Origin: an uncultured Bacillales bacterium
Lineage (GTDB): Bacteria; Bacillota_I; Bacilli_A; RFN20; CAG-826
DNA length: 64,000 bases
Assembly: GCA_947164155.1 (NCBI GenBank)
Contig: CAMUVS010000005.1
Span: 639 to 64,638, forward strand
Reading direction: 5' to 3'
Numbering within the stretch: the first letter of the stretch is position 1; every line of letters starts with the position of its first letter. Under the pieces are notes generated by a model, which did no database searches, was not told where the DNA came from, and saw only the letters and a program-made list of their open reading frames with translations. Of the stretch, positions 17,762 through 27,221 are shown piece by piece. A program made the position numbers and the translations under genes.

Positions 17762-20112
17762 AAATAGAAAAGAAAGCTCATATTGAACTATCAGTCCATC
17801 AATTGGTGGATTTTCTTTTAAGAAGCGGCGATATTGACAACCGCGTTTTTAATCGTTCTAGTCAAACCGAAGGTAGTAGACTTCATTCTGTTTATCAATC
17901 TAGTCAAGGCAAGAACTATATTTCCGAATACCCATTAAGAAAGCAATTCCTAATTGATAATATTGAAATTGTTCTACAGGGTAGAGCGGACGGGATTATT
18001 AAAAAAAGCGAAAAAGAATATATTATTGATGAAATCAAAACCACAGTGATTGAACTTGAAGAATTTCGTGAAGAAAACCTTGAATGGCATCTAGGCCAGG
18101 CTAAATGTTATGCCTATATGTTCGCGGACGCCCTTAAATTAGACTCTATCGGAGTGAGGCTAACTTATATTAAGCAAGGCAAAAATAGCAAAAAGTTAAT
18201 TGATGAGTATTATTTTCAATTCCCGGAATTAGAAAAGGACATTCTTAACTATCTAGATAATTATTTAGAGTTCTATCATGTCATTATGCGTTTAAATGAG
18301 CAAAGAAACGTCTCTATTGAACAATTAGTTTTTCCATTTAAAAGTTATCGCAAAGGACAAAAAAGCTTCTCTAAAGCGGTTTATGAGGTTGCACAAAATA
18401 AAGGAAAAATCTTTATTGAGGCACCAACTGGAATTGGAAAAACCATGTCGGCAATTTATCCATATGTAAAATATTTAAAAGAAGATGAACAAAGTAAAAT
18501 ATTTTATCTTACTGCGAAGGCTACAGGAAAAGAAAACGCTCATAAAGCATTAACTATTTTAAAAGAACATGGGCTCAGCATTACCGATATAGTAATCACC
18601 TCGAAAGAAAAAATATGTTTTTGCAAAGGTAAAAGCTGTAACCCCGATGAATGCCCATTCACTAAAGGTTATTACAATAAAATTAAAACGATTATTAAGG
18701 AATCTATCTTAAGATATGATGATTTTGATTATGACACGATTTGTCATATCGCTCGTAAAAATGAGGTATGTCCTTTTGAATTAGAATTAGATTTGTCTTT
18801 ATATTCTGACGTTATTATATGCGATTATAACTATGTTTTTGACCCAATTTCATATATGAAACGCTATTTTGATGAAGATGCAACTCATTATTTAGTTTTA
18901 GTGGATGAGGCTCATAATTTAGTGGATCGTAGCAAAGATATGTATTCAGCTTCTGTGGATAAGAATTTATTTTTAAAGGCTAAACAAAGTTTAAGAGGTG
19001 TTTCTAACCATAAAATCAAAAATGCCTTAGCAAGAGTTAATAAAGTATTTTCCTATTATGAAGACACTTTTGAAATTGGTACGGTTAGTTTAGATGATTT
19101 CTCTCAGGAAACATATAAAGAATTCAATCACTTCATTACCTCTTATCAGGAAGTGAGCAAAGAAGAAAATAAGTCAATTAGTAAAGAACTTACTGATTTA
19201 TATATTGAAGTTAACAAGTTTATTAAAATATCAGAATTAATTTCTGATCATTTCTTAACATATGTCAAAAAAGAAACTGACAACGTGATTTTAAAAATAT
19301 ATTGCCTAGACGCATCAAGATTTTTAGCGTCAACTTATGCAAGAGTTAATTCAACTGCCTTGTTCTCTGCGACATTATCCCCAATTGATTACTACGTTAA
19401 TGTATTGGGCGGAGATATAAACAAGAACCAAAGCATGATTTTAGAATCTCCATTTCCAAAAGAAAATTTAAAATTAATCATCGCTCCAAAAATTTCAACG
19501 AGATATAAAAATAGAGAAAAAAGCTACGCAGATGTCGCTAATTATATTAAAACATTTGTTTCTAGCAAGATTGGTAACTACTTTATTTATTTACCAAGTT
19601 ACGAGTATTTAGATAATATTCTTCCTCTAATTGAATTCGATGAAAACGTTGATGTTTATATTCAAAAAAAGAACATGAGCGAACAAGAAAAACAAACGTT
19701 TATCTCTAATTTTCATCAAATTGATGAAAGAAGTAAAGTAGGACTCGCGATTATCGGCGGAGCGTTTGGCGAAGGGATTGACCTTGTGGGTGACGCTTTA
19801 ATTGGAGTGGCAATTGTTGGAATTGGTTTGCCAAAGATTAATTTTGAGAGTAATCACGTTGCTGAATATTATAAAAACAATAATGTTGATGGCTTTAGTT
19901 ATGCCTATACATATCCAGGCATGAATAAAGTTATGCAGGCAGTTGGTAGATTAATTAGAACTGAGTCTGATCGAGGGGCTGCTTTATTAATTGATGAAAG
20001 ATATATGTGGAATGATTACAAATCTCTTTTTAAAAAAGAGTGGAGTGATTATGAAGTAGTCTTATCGGTTGATGAATTAAAGAAGACTCTACAAAACTTT
20101 TTCAAATCCTAA
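17758..20112 (+). CDS. PD-(D/E)XK nuclease domain fused to an XPD/DinG-type Fe-S DNA helicase
   Basis: N-terminal roughly 170 aa carry GRADGI, IDEIKT and QAKCYAYM, the RecB/Cas4-like D, ExK and QxxxY layout. The helicase has Walker A EAPTGIGKT, DEAH box VLVDEAHNL and a four-Cys cluster (CFCKGKSCNPDECPF). ATGA overlap with fmt. Confidence 0.8.
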   Translation: MKIEKKAHIELSVHQLVDFLLRSGDIDNRVFNRSSQTEGSRLHSVYQSSQGKNYISEYPLRKQFLIDNIEIVLQGRADGIIKKSEKEYIIDEIKTTVIELEEFREENLEWHLGQAKCYAYMFADALKLDSIGVRLTYIKQGKNSKKLIDEYYFQFPELEKDILNYLDNYLEFYHVIMRLNEQRNVSIEQLVFPFKSYRKGQKSFSKAVYEVAQNKGKIFIEAPTGIGKTMSAIYPYVKYLKEDEQSKIFYLTAKATGKENAHKALTILKEHGLSITDIVITSKEKICFCKGKSCNPDECPFTKGYYNKIKTIIKESILRYDDFDYDTICHIARKNEVCPFELELDLSLYSDVIICDYNYVFDPISYMKRYFDEDATHYLVLVDEAHNLVDRSKDMYSASVDKNLFLKAKQSLRGVSNHKIKNALARVNKVFSYYEDTFEIGTVSLDDFSQETYKEFNHFITSYQEVSKEENKSISKELTDLYIEVNKFIKISELISDHFLTYVKKETDNVILKIYCLDASRFLASTYARVNSTALFSATLSPIDYYVNVLGGDINKNQSMILESPFPKENLKLIIAPKISTRYKNREKSYADVANYIKTFVSSKIGNYFIYLPSYEYLDNILPLIEFDENVDVYIQKKNMSEQEKQTFISNFHQIDERSKVGLAIIGGAFGEGIDLVGDALIGVAIVGIGLPKINFESNHVAEYYKNNNVDGFSYAYTYPGMNKVMQAVGRLIRTESDRGAALLIDERYMWNDYKSLFKKEWSDYEVVLSVDELKKTLQNFFKS

Positions 20113-20138
20113 CATAAATGTTATAATGCATAGCAAAT
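20110..20138 (+). repeat. Copy A of a 29-nt direct repeat TAACATAAATGTTATAATGC(A/T)TAGCAAAT, carrying an extended -10
   Basis: Matches 21292-21320 at 28 of 29 positions. Contains TGTTATAAT. Its first three bases are the helicase stop codon. Confidence 0.85.
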
Positions 20139-20176
20139 CTACATATGATACGTATAATTATTCAAGGACCAATTAG

Positions 20177-21271
20177 ATGAAAAGTTGTTTAGTTGTCATT
20201 CAAAATTTAACTAAAAGTGGCTCACCACAAACGTTTTTGCATGTTATTGAAGCCTTAAAAAAAGAAGGTTTTGTAGTCGATACTTATGCCTATTCGGTGT
20301 TTGATAATAAAGCAGATTTAGCAATGCTAAAAGCGTATCAAGATGTTTGCAGAAACATTTATTTTAATAAAATTAACGGGAACTCTCTTTTATATAGATT
20401 CTTTCCTTTCTTGCTTCTTTCTAGTATTAAAAAACTAATCAAGAAAGGGCAGTATGATATGTTTTTAACAAACAATTTTTATATCTCTGCTTATGTTGCA
20501 AAAAAAGAATATGGAAAAATCAAAAATATCTATTATTCTCTTGGAAACGTAAATCAAAAGAGCAAATATTGGATCTTTAGAAGAAAAGATATTTATATTA
20601 AAAAACTAGTCACTAAAGTTGATGCTTATATTGGAATATCAAATTTAGCTTTTTTTGATGATATTGAAATTCCGAATAATAAAAAATTTGTTTTAATGGA
20701 TTATCCAAACGAATGTTATCCAAACATTGTTAAAGACAATAAGCAAGATTTAACTATTGGACAAATTGGATATTTTTCTCAAAACAAGAATCAGCTTTTT
20801 ACAATAGAACTGTTTAACAAAGTTAAACAACATTTTCCAAATGCAACTTTGTTATTTGTTGGATATCAATCATCTGATGAACCAAATTATATTGAGGAAG
20901 TTAAAAAGAGAGTTGCTGATTTAGGACTTTCTAATAGTGTTAGCTTTCTTCCGCCTAATTATGATAAAGAAGCATTATTTAAACAGATTGATGTATTGCT
21001 TCTTCCTTCATTTCTTGAAGGCCTTCCAATTTCGTTGATGGAAGCACAATTCTCAAATACACCTTGTATTGCTTCCGAATTTATTTCTAGTGATGCAGAT
21101 TTTGGTTTATTAAAAAGATTACCGCTCAACACTGATGAATGGTTAAAAGAAATAAGAAACACTGATTATAAAATTCCTAGACGTCCGAAGTATATTTATA
21201 CTTCTGAAGAATTTAAAAAACGTATTAAGCACATAATTGATTACGTTTTTAAGTCATCAAGTCAATCTTAA
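20177..21271 (+). CDS. Glycosyltransferase (GT-B fold, GT4-like)
   Basis: C-terminal LPSFLEGLPISLMEAQ motif and overall size. The gene is bracketed by the 29-nt repeat. Confidence 0.8.
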   Translation: MKSCLVVIQNLTKSGSPQTFLHVIEALKKEGFVVDTYAYSVFDNKADLAMLKAYQDVCRNIYFNKINGNSLLYRFFPFLLLSSIKKLIKKGQYDMFLTNNFYISAYVAKKEYGKIKNIYYSLGNVNQKSKYWIFRRKDIYIKKLVTKVDAYIGISNLAFFDDIEIPNNKKFVLMDYPNECYPNIVKDNKQDLTIGQIGYFSQNKNQLFTIELFNKVKQHFPNATLLFVGYQSSDEPNYIEEVKKRVADLGLSNSVSFLPPNYDKEALFKQIDVLLLPSFLEGLPISLMEAQFSNTPCIASEFISSDADFGLLKRLPLNTDEWLKEIRNTDYKIPRRPKYIYTSEEFKKRIKHIIDYVFKSSSQS

Positions 21272-21291
21272 TAAACCTCTATTTATAAACT

Positions 21292-21320
21292 TAACATAAA
21301 TGTTATAATGCTTAGCAAAT
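21292..21320 (+). repeat. Copy B of the 29-nt direct repeat, forming the lepA promoter
   Basis: TATAAT at 21304-21309 with TG at 21301-21302. The repeat ends at the base before the lepA ATG (21321), and no SD is visible. Confidence 0.85.
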
Positions 21321-23135
21321 ATGAATTTTGATCAAAAATACACAAGAAATTTCTCAATTATCGCTCATATCGATCACGGCAAGAGCACACTTGCTGATCG
21401 TATTTTAGAATCGACTGGGGCGGTCTCTTCTAGAGAAATGAAAGATCAAATCCTTGACTCTATGGATTTAGAAAGAGAGCGAGGAATCACTATTAAGTTA
21501 AATGCGGTGACATTATCCTACACTAGTGATGATGGAAATACTTATATTTTTAATTTAATAGACACTCCTGGGCATGTTGACTTTACTTATGAAGTGTCAC
21601 GTTCTTTAGCAGCTTGCGAAGGAGCGGTCTTAGTGGTTGATGCTACTCAAGGAGTAGAAGCTCAAACATTAGCAAATGTCTATCTAGCAATTGATAATGA
21701 TTTAGCAATTTTACCTGTAATCAATAAGATTGATTTACCAAGCGCTATGCCAGAATGGGCAAAAGAAGAAATTGAAAAGCGTATTGGAATATCTAGTGAA
21801 GAAGCAGTGGAAGTCTCCGCTAAAACTGGTTTTCATATCCATGAATTATTAGAAGCAATTGTTAAAGAAATTCCTGCTCCTAATGGAGATGAATCTGCGC
21901 CACTTAAAGCGCTTATTTTTGATTCATATTACGACTCTTATAGAGGTGTAGTAATTCTTATTAGAATTAAAGAAGGCTCAGTTAAAGTTGGAGACCATAT
22001 TAAATTAATGCAATCAAATAAGGACTATATTGTTACCGAACTTGGAATTAGATCTCCTGATGAAATTAAACTCAAAGAGTTAAAGTGCGGACAAGTTGGC
22101 TATTTATGTGCGCAAATAAAAGACATCCGTGACGTGCGTCCTGGTGATACTGTAACTTCATTTGATAATCCAGCAAGCAAAGCTTTGTCTGGATATAGAG
22201 ACATCAATCCTATGGTATTTTGCGGACTATACCCAGTAGATAGTGATGATTATCAAGATTTAAAAGATGCTTTAGAGAAATTATCTCTAAATGATGCTTC
22301 ATTACAATTTGTTCCTGAAACTTCTCAAGCCTTAGGCTTTGGTTTTAGATGTGGCTTTTTAGGACTTCTTCATATGGATGTCATTCAAGAAAGGCTTGAA
22401 AGAGAATATAATATTGACCTAATTTTAACTGCACCTTCGGTGATATATCATGTTTATCTCACTAATGGAGAGATGATGCCAATTGATAACCCATCTAAAC
22501 TTCCAGACTCCTCTAAGATCAATAGAATCGAAGAACCATATGTTAAGGCTAATATCATGACTCCAAAGGAGTATGTAGGCCCAATCATGGAACTTTGCCA
22601 AGAGAAGCGTGGCATTTATTTAGATCTACAATATTTTGATGACACTAGAATGATATTGGTTTATGAATTACCATTATCTGAAATTGTTTACAATTTCTTT
22701 GATAAACTAAAAAGTTGCACTAAAGGATATGCTTCATTTGATTATGAACCATCCATTTATCGACCAAGTGATTTAATTAAAATGGATGTTTTATTAAACG
22801 GACAAGTAGTAGATGCTTTGTCTAGTATTGTTTATAGACCTCAAGCTTATAATAGAGGCTTAGGAATAATTCGAAGAATTAAAACTGTTATTCCTCGTCA
22901 ACAATTCGAAATTCCTATTCAGGCCGCAATAGGTGGTAAGATTATCGCTCGTGTAGATGTAAAGGCTGTGCGCAAAGACGTTCTCGCTAAGTGTTATGGT
23001 GGAGATATATCCCGTAAAAAGAAGCTTTTAGAGAAACAAAAAGAGGGTAAGAAGCGCATGAAGAAAGTCGGGTCTGTAGAAGTTCCACAAGAAGCATTCA
23101 TGTCAATCTTATCGATTGACGAAGAAGAAAATTAA
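21321..23135 (+). CDS. lepA: Translation elongation factor 4 (LepA)
   Basis: [25 protein letters not shown] and NKIDL. 604 aa. Confidence 0.97.
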   Translation: MNFDQKYTRNFSIIAHIDHGKSTLADRILESTGAVSSREMKDQILDSMDLERERGITIKLNAVTLSYTSDDGNTYIFNLIDTPGHVDFTYEVSRSLAACEGAVLVVDATQGVEAQTLANVYLAIDNDLAILPVINKIDLPSAMPEWAKEEIEKRIGISSEEAVEVSAKTGFHIHELLEAIVKEIPAPNGDESAPLKALIFDSYYDSYRGVVILIRIKEGSVKVGDHIKLMQSNKDYIVTELGIRSPDEIKLKELKCGQVGYLCAQIKDIRDVRPGDTVTSFDNPASKALSGYRDINPMVFCGLYPVDSDDYQDLKDALEKLSLNDASLQFVPETSQALGFGFRCGFLGLLHMDVIQERLEREYNIDLILTAPSVIYHVYLTNGEMMPIDNPSKLPDSSKINRIEEPYVKANIMTPKEYVGPIMELCQEKRGIYLDLQYFDDTRMILVYELPLSEIVYNFFDKLKSCTKGYASFDYEPSIYRPSDLIKMDVLLNGQVVDALSSIVYRPQAYNRGLGIIRRIKTVIPRQQFEIPIQAAIGGKIIARVDVKAVRKDVLAKCYGGDISRKKKLLEKQKEGKKRMKKVGSVEVPQEAFMSILSIDEEEN

Positions 23136-23151
23136 TAATAATTTGGTAAAA

Positions 23152-23170
23152 AATTAGTAGGTTTTTAGTT
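23152..23170 (+). repeat. 3'-flank tandem motif AATTAGTA-N3-TTTTAGTT, 17 nt after the lepA stop
   Basis: Read directly. The two copies start 11 nt apart. Confidence 0.5.
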
Positions 23171-23229
23171 TTGTTATTGTAAAACAAATCTGCTTTTTTT
23201 ATAATGTAAACAGCAAAGGAGTTTATTTT

Positions 23230-24681
23230 ATGGGTGTTAATGATATTGCAGTAAGATTTACTGAAGATAAATACGCTACTAAAAACGAAGTATCACGTGA
23301 ACTAAAAATTTCCGTGATCGATGGTGTTTGGGATAAGATATTATCTTATCGTGCTCCATTTTGTCATTATTTAGCAATTAGAGGAACAGATAAGAACCAA
23401 TTAAGAGTTTGTTTGTGCCCAACTATTTCCAGTAATTTAAATACAGTCGAGGCTAAATTATTAAGAATTGTTAGCGAAGCAAACAAACTAGATAGCGTGA
23501 ATAGCGATAAACAATATTTCCGTCAGTCTTGCTTAGTGAAGAGTTTACAAAATATTGCTTTAGCAAATCTTGCCGTTAGTGATGAACAACATGTTAGAGG
23601 CGTTTTACTAGGGACAACTAACGATGTTGCTTTAGCAAATTATCTAAAAGCTTTAAGATACGTTGAACAAAAACATGAGAGTCCACTTGATGTTGATTTT
23701 TTAGCTGAACTTTATAGTAGAGTTACAGGCAATAATGAATTAACCTCTTTCTATCGTACAAAAGAAATGGAAGATAGCGGGGCTAATGTTCTTATTTCCC
23801 GTGTTTATAAATGCGCACCAACTCATTTAATTGAGCCAATGATGGATTCATTATTCAACTTTGTTGAAAAATCAAATATATCTCCTTTATGCCGTGCTTT
23901 AATTAGCTATTACTATATTCAATTTGTTAAGCCTTTCGATAAATATAATAATGAAATCTCAACATTGTTTGCTAAATCTGTGCTTGCTCATTACTCATTA
24001 GGAGAGTTTGCTATTTATATTCCTTTAGAAACATTCCTTAATGAGAGTGAAGGGGAAATGGAAAAGATTTTCCACGATGTTCAGACAAGTTCAGATGTCA
24101 CTTATTTCTTAACTTTTGCTTTAAGATTTATTGGCAAAGAATTCGATAAAATGCTTGATTCTTTAGCGGAATATTCTACTAAGGTCATCAAAGATGACTT
24201 CTATCAACTTGATGAAGAAGAAAAGTCAGATCAAATAAGTTTATTCTCTATCGAACCAGAGCCAGCTAAAGAAGAAGCAAAACCAGAACCAAAGCCTGCG
24301 GTTGAACCGGTTACAGTTATAAAAGAAACTCCAAAAGTGGAGCCTGTCAAAAAAGAAGTTGAAGTTAAAACTTCGCCAATTATTGAAAAACCAGCGGGTC
24401 TTGCTGTATCTTATATCCCAGAAGAACTCGATGAGAAAACCGCTGCTAGATTAGAAAGACATCTACTTGAATTAGATGTAAGATTATCTAAGGGGCAAGC
24501 TCATTTCTATGCTAGACACTGCACTCTTGGCATGTATTACACAATCAATCAATATAAAAAAGCGACTAGATGTGTCTATGAAACAGCGAGAACTTCGATG
24601 GATAAACTCGTAGAGTTTGGTTATTATGCCAAAACACAAGCCGGGAAGAAATTTGTTTATACTCCAGTAAAAAGAAATTAA
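23230..24681 (+). CDS. Fic-fold-like protein with a degenerate active-site motif, a Pro/Glu/Lys-rich linker and a C-terminal winged-helix-like domain
   Basis: YYYIQFVKPFDKYNNEIS aligns to the Fic core HPFxxGNGR, but the H, both G and the R are replaced. The linker is EPEPAKEEAKPEPKPAVEPV...KVEPVKKEVEVK. The C-terminal segment YKKATRCVYETARTSMDKLVEFGYY resembles the wHTH of Fic-family proteins. Confidence 0.6.
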   Translation: MGVNDIAVRFTEDKYATKNEVSRELKISVIDGVWDKILSYRAPFCHYLAIRGTDKNQLRVCLCPTISSNLNTVEAKLLRIVSEANKLDSVNSDKQYFRQSCLVKSLQNIALANLAVSDEQHVRGVLLGTTNDVALANYLKALRYVEQKHESPLDVDFLAELYSRVTGNNELTSFYRTKEMEDSGANVLISRVYKCAPTHLIEPMMDSLFNFVEKSNISPLCRALISYYYIQFVKPFDKYNNEISTLFAKSVLAHYSLGEFAIYIPLETFLNESEGEMEKIFHDVQTSSDVTYFLTFALRFIGKEFDKMLDSLAEYSTKVIKDDFYQLDEEEKSDQISLFSIEPEPAKEEAKPEPKPAVEPVTVIKETPKVEPVKKEVEVKTSPIIEKPAGLAVSYIPEELDEKTAARLERHLLELDVRLSKGQAHFYARHCTLGMYYTINQYKKATRCVYETARTSMDKLVEFGYYAKTQAGKKFVYTPVKRN

Positions 24682-24702
24682 TCAGAAAGTGAGATAAATA
24701 TT

Positions 24703-24939
24703 ATGACATTAGCAGCATTAAATGGTGGAATCATATTCCTTATCATCTTAGGCGCCGCAGCAATTATTGCGTTAATCGCCTTCTTGATTTACTTATATTT
24801 GAAACCGAAACTAAAAAAAGATGATAAACCAACCGAAGAACAAATTGTTCGTGAGGAAATGGAACGAGTTTTGAAACCAATTGATGACGAAGAAACCGCT
24901 AAAGCGGTTGAACAATATAAGGATGAGGACGAAGACTAA
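24703..24939 (+). CDS. Small single-pass membrane protein with an acidic tail
   Basis: One hydrophobic helix (GIIFLIILGAAAIIALIAFLIYLYL) followed by a charged tail. SD-like GAAAGTGAG upstream. Overlapped by the hemW start. Confidence 0.6.
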   Translation: MTLAALNGGIIFLIILGAAAIIALIAFLIYLYLKPKLKKDDKPTEEQIVREEMERVLKPIDDEETAKAVEQYKDEDED

Positions 24940-26029
24940 TTTTCCTAAAGCCTTATATATTCACATTCCTTTTTGTGATTCAATATGTGATTACTGTGAC
25001 TTTACAAAGTTGCAGTATTTTCATTCTTTCGCTGAAAAATATCTCGTAGCGTTAAAAAAAGAACTAAATGAAAAGGTGACTAATAAAGAATTAGACACTA
25101 TCTATATAGGTGGGGGAACTCCTACATCTTTAAATGATGAGCAATTTGAAGAACTGCTTAAAATGATGGACCCACTAGCTAAAAGTGTTAAAGAATATAC
25201 AGTAGAAGCTAATCCAGAATCATTAACTTTATCAAAGATAAAATTATTAAAGAAATATGGAGTTAACCGTATTTCTATTGGAGTGGAATCAACCAATAAT
25301 CAAATTTTAAAATCTATTAATCGTAAGCATACTTTTAAAGATGTTAAAACCGCTGTTGATAATTTAAGAGAAAACGGAATTAATAACATTAATCTTGATT
25401 TAATTATTGGTTTACCAAATGTTTCATTCAAAATGTTAAAAAAAGATATTGAAAATATCTTATCATTAAACCCAAACCACATTTCTTGCTATAGTTTAAC
25501 AGTGCATGAACATACAGTGTTTTATATCAATAAGATTGAAGAACCTAATGAAGAATATTCCTACGAAGCATACAAAGCGATAAATTCATTATTAGAAGAA
25601 AATGGATTTATCCATTATGAAGTTTCTAATTGGTCTAAGCCTGGATTTGAAAGTCGACATAATTTAACTTATTGGCGTAATGAGCAATATTATGGTCTTG
25701 GACTAGGCGCTAGTGGATATATTGATAATATCAGATATAAAAATACCACAAACTTTAATAAATACATTTCATTTAAAAATGAAATAGAACAGGAAGTAGT
25801 GACATTAGAAGATAATAGACAATACGAAATCATGCTTCGTTTAAGAACAAAAGAAGGAATTGATGTCCTAGATTTTAAAGACAAATTTGGCTATGACATT
25901 TATGAAAGAAATAAAGATGTCATCGATGACTATGTAAATAGAGGCTATTTATTAACAAACGCTAAAAGAATTGTTCCAACATTTGAAGGAATGATGATAT
26001 TAGACAAAATTTATCTAGATCTTGTCTAA
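24923..26029 (+). CDS. hemW: Radical-SAM heme chaperone HemW (HemN-like, oxygen-independent coproporphyrinogen oxidase family)
   Basis: ALYIHIPFCDSICDYCDF (CxxxCxxC) and GGGTPT. Sits between lepA and hrcA as in Bacillus. Start set to ATG 24923, because the track start at 24881 would add 14 residues inside the preceding gene. Confidence 0.9.
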   Translation: MRTKTNFPKALYIHIPFCDSICDYCDFTKLQYFHSFAEKYLVALKKELNEKVTNKELDTIYIGGGTPTSLNDEQFEELLKMMDPLAKSVKEYTVEANPESLTLSKIKLLKKYGVNRISIGVESTNNQILKSINRKHTFKDVKTAVDNLRENGINNINLDLIIGLPNVSFKMLKKDIENILSLNPNHISCYSLTVHEHTVFYINKIEEPNEEYSYEAYKAINSLLEENGFIHYEVSNWSKPGFESRHNLTYWRNEQYYGLGLGASGYIDNIRYKNTTNFNKYISFKNEIEQEVVTLEDNRQYEIMLRLRTKEGIDVLDFKDKFGYDIYERNKDVIDDYVNRGYLLTNAKRIVPTFEGMMILDKIYLDLV

Positions 26030-26053
26030 AAATATAAAAATATAAGGATATAT

Positions 26054-26076
26054 AGGCGCGTAAAAGCGTCTTTTTT
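26054..26076 (+). terminator. Weak intrinsic terminator after hemW
   Basis: AGGCGC-gtaaaa-GCGTCT (6 bp including one G-U pair) followed by TTTTTT. Confidence 0.45.
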
Positions 26077-26103
26077 CATATTTTTACTATGTAATTAAAA
26101 AAA

Positions 26104-26130
26104 TTAGCACTTATGTGTTGACAGTGCTAA
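26104..26130. promoter_or_regulatory. CIRCE operator 1 (TTAGCACTT-N9-CAGTGCTAA)
   Basis: Matches the HrcA operator consensus TTAGCACTC-N9-GAGTGCTAA with one change per arm. Overlaps the -35 TTGACA. Confidence 0.9.
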
Positions 26131-26145
26131 CAAAGAAGTTATAAT
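26118..26145 (+). promoter_or_regulatory. hrcA-grpE-dnaK-dnaJ promoter
   Basis: TTGACA (26118-26123), 16-nt spacer, TATAAT (26140-26145). Confidence 0.8.
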
Positions 26146-26149
26146 AGTA

Positions 26150-26176
26150 TTAGCACTTGAAAATGAGGAGTGCTAA
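26150..26176. promoter_or_regulatory. CIRCE operator 2 (TTAGCACTT-N9-GAGTGCTAA)
   Basis: One mismatch to the consensus. Lies between the -10 and the SD (AAAGGAGG). Confidence 0.92.
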
Positions 26177-26189
26177 AAGGAGGTCAAAA

Positions 26190-27221
26190 ATGTCATTAAC
26201 AAGAAGCGAAGCCATCTTAAAGATGATAGTGGAATATTTCATTAAAACCGCTGAACCTGTTGGCTCCCACACCCTTATTGAAGAATATCAACTTCCTTAT
26301 AGTAGCGCGACCATTAGAAATGAGATGAGTGCTCTAGAGAAGATGGGGTATCTTGAAAAGCCTCACACAAGCGCAGGCAGAATTCCTTCTTCTAAAGGAT
26401 ATGAATATTATTGCGAACATTTAAGAGATAAAGATGTTGATGATCAACTCAGATATTTACTTCAAAATGTCTTATCTAGCAAGATTCAAAGTATTGAGGA
26501 AGTAATCAAACAAAGCTGCGAGATTATATCGCATATGACTAATCTCGTTAGTGTGGTCTCTCGAAGTGATGAAGATCTTGAAAGACTAGCGTCAGTGCAA
26601 TTAATTCCAATTAACGAGAATACAATTACCGCAATCTTTGTGACTGATAAAGGTTATGTTCAAAATAAAACCTTCATCCTAAGCGAGAACATCAAATCAG
26701 AAGACATCGTAAAGTGTGTTGAACTTCTTAATCAAAGATTAAAAGGAACTCCAATTGGTGAATTAGTGCCAAAGATGGAACTAATTAAACCAATTCTCTC
26801 AGATTACGTCATCTCTCATGATGCGGTGTATCAAGCTTTATTAGAAACATTTGTAAGATTTGCGGGAGATCGACTATCGCTTTATGGAAGAGAAGAATTA
26901 TTCTCTCACCCAGAATTCAAAAATGATACTGAAGCATTAATTAGAGTAATGAAACTCCTTGATGATGCCTCCTTATTCAAAAAAGTAGATATGAAGGCTC
27001 TTGGAGAAAAAGAACCAGTAGTAAACATCGGAGATGTTGAAGGTAACCCAGATGTTGCTCTTATCACAGCGAAAATTAAAGTTGGCGATGAAGAAAACAC
27101 CATCACCTTGGTGGGACCAAAAAGAATGGACTACGATAAAGCAATGTCCGCTCTAGAATATCTCTCCGAAGAATTAGATAAGTATTTCAACGACAAAGGA
27201 GGAAATGAAAGTGGAGAATAA
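26190..27221 (+). CDS. hrcA: Heat-inducible transcription repressor HrcA
   Basis: N-terminal wHTH (LTRSEAILKMIVEYFIKTAEPVGSHTL). Start moved to ATG 26190, downstream of the SD; the track start at 26157 lies inside CIRCE 2. Confidence 0.95.
   Translation: MSLTRSEAILKMIVEYFIKTAEPVGSHTLIEEYQLPYSSATIRNEMSALEKMGYLEKPHTSAGRIPSSKGYEYYCEHLRDKDVDDQLRYLLQNVLSSKIQSIEEVIKQSCEIISHMTNLVSVVSRSDEDLERLASVQLIPINENTITAIFVTDKGYVQNKTFILSENIKSEDIVKCVELLNQRLKGTPIGELVPKMELIKPILSDYVISHDAVYQALLETFVRFAGDRLSLYGREELFSHPEFKNDTEALIRVMKLLDDASLFKKVDMKALGEKEPVVNIGDVEGNPDVALITAKIKVGDEENTITLVGPKRMDYDKAMSALEYLSEELDKYFNDKGGNESGE

Noticed and set aside
24703-24729. MTLAALNGG at the N-terminus of the small membrane protein, considered as a possible double-glycine leader for the C39 peptidase.
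   Set aside because: Nine residues is far shorter than known GG leaders. It lacks the conserved hydrophobic and acidic positions, and the GG sits at the start of an obvious TM helix. The gene is also 6 kb from the peptidase gene.
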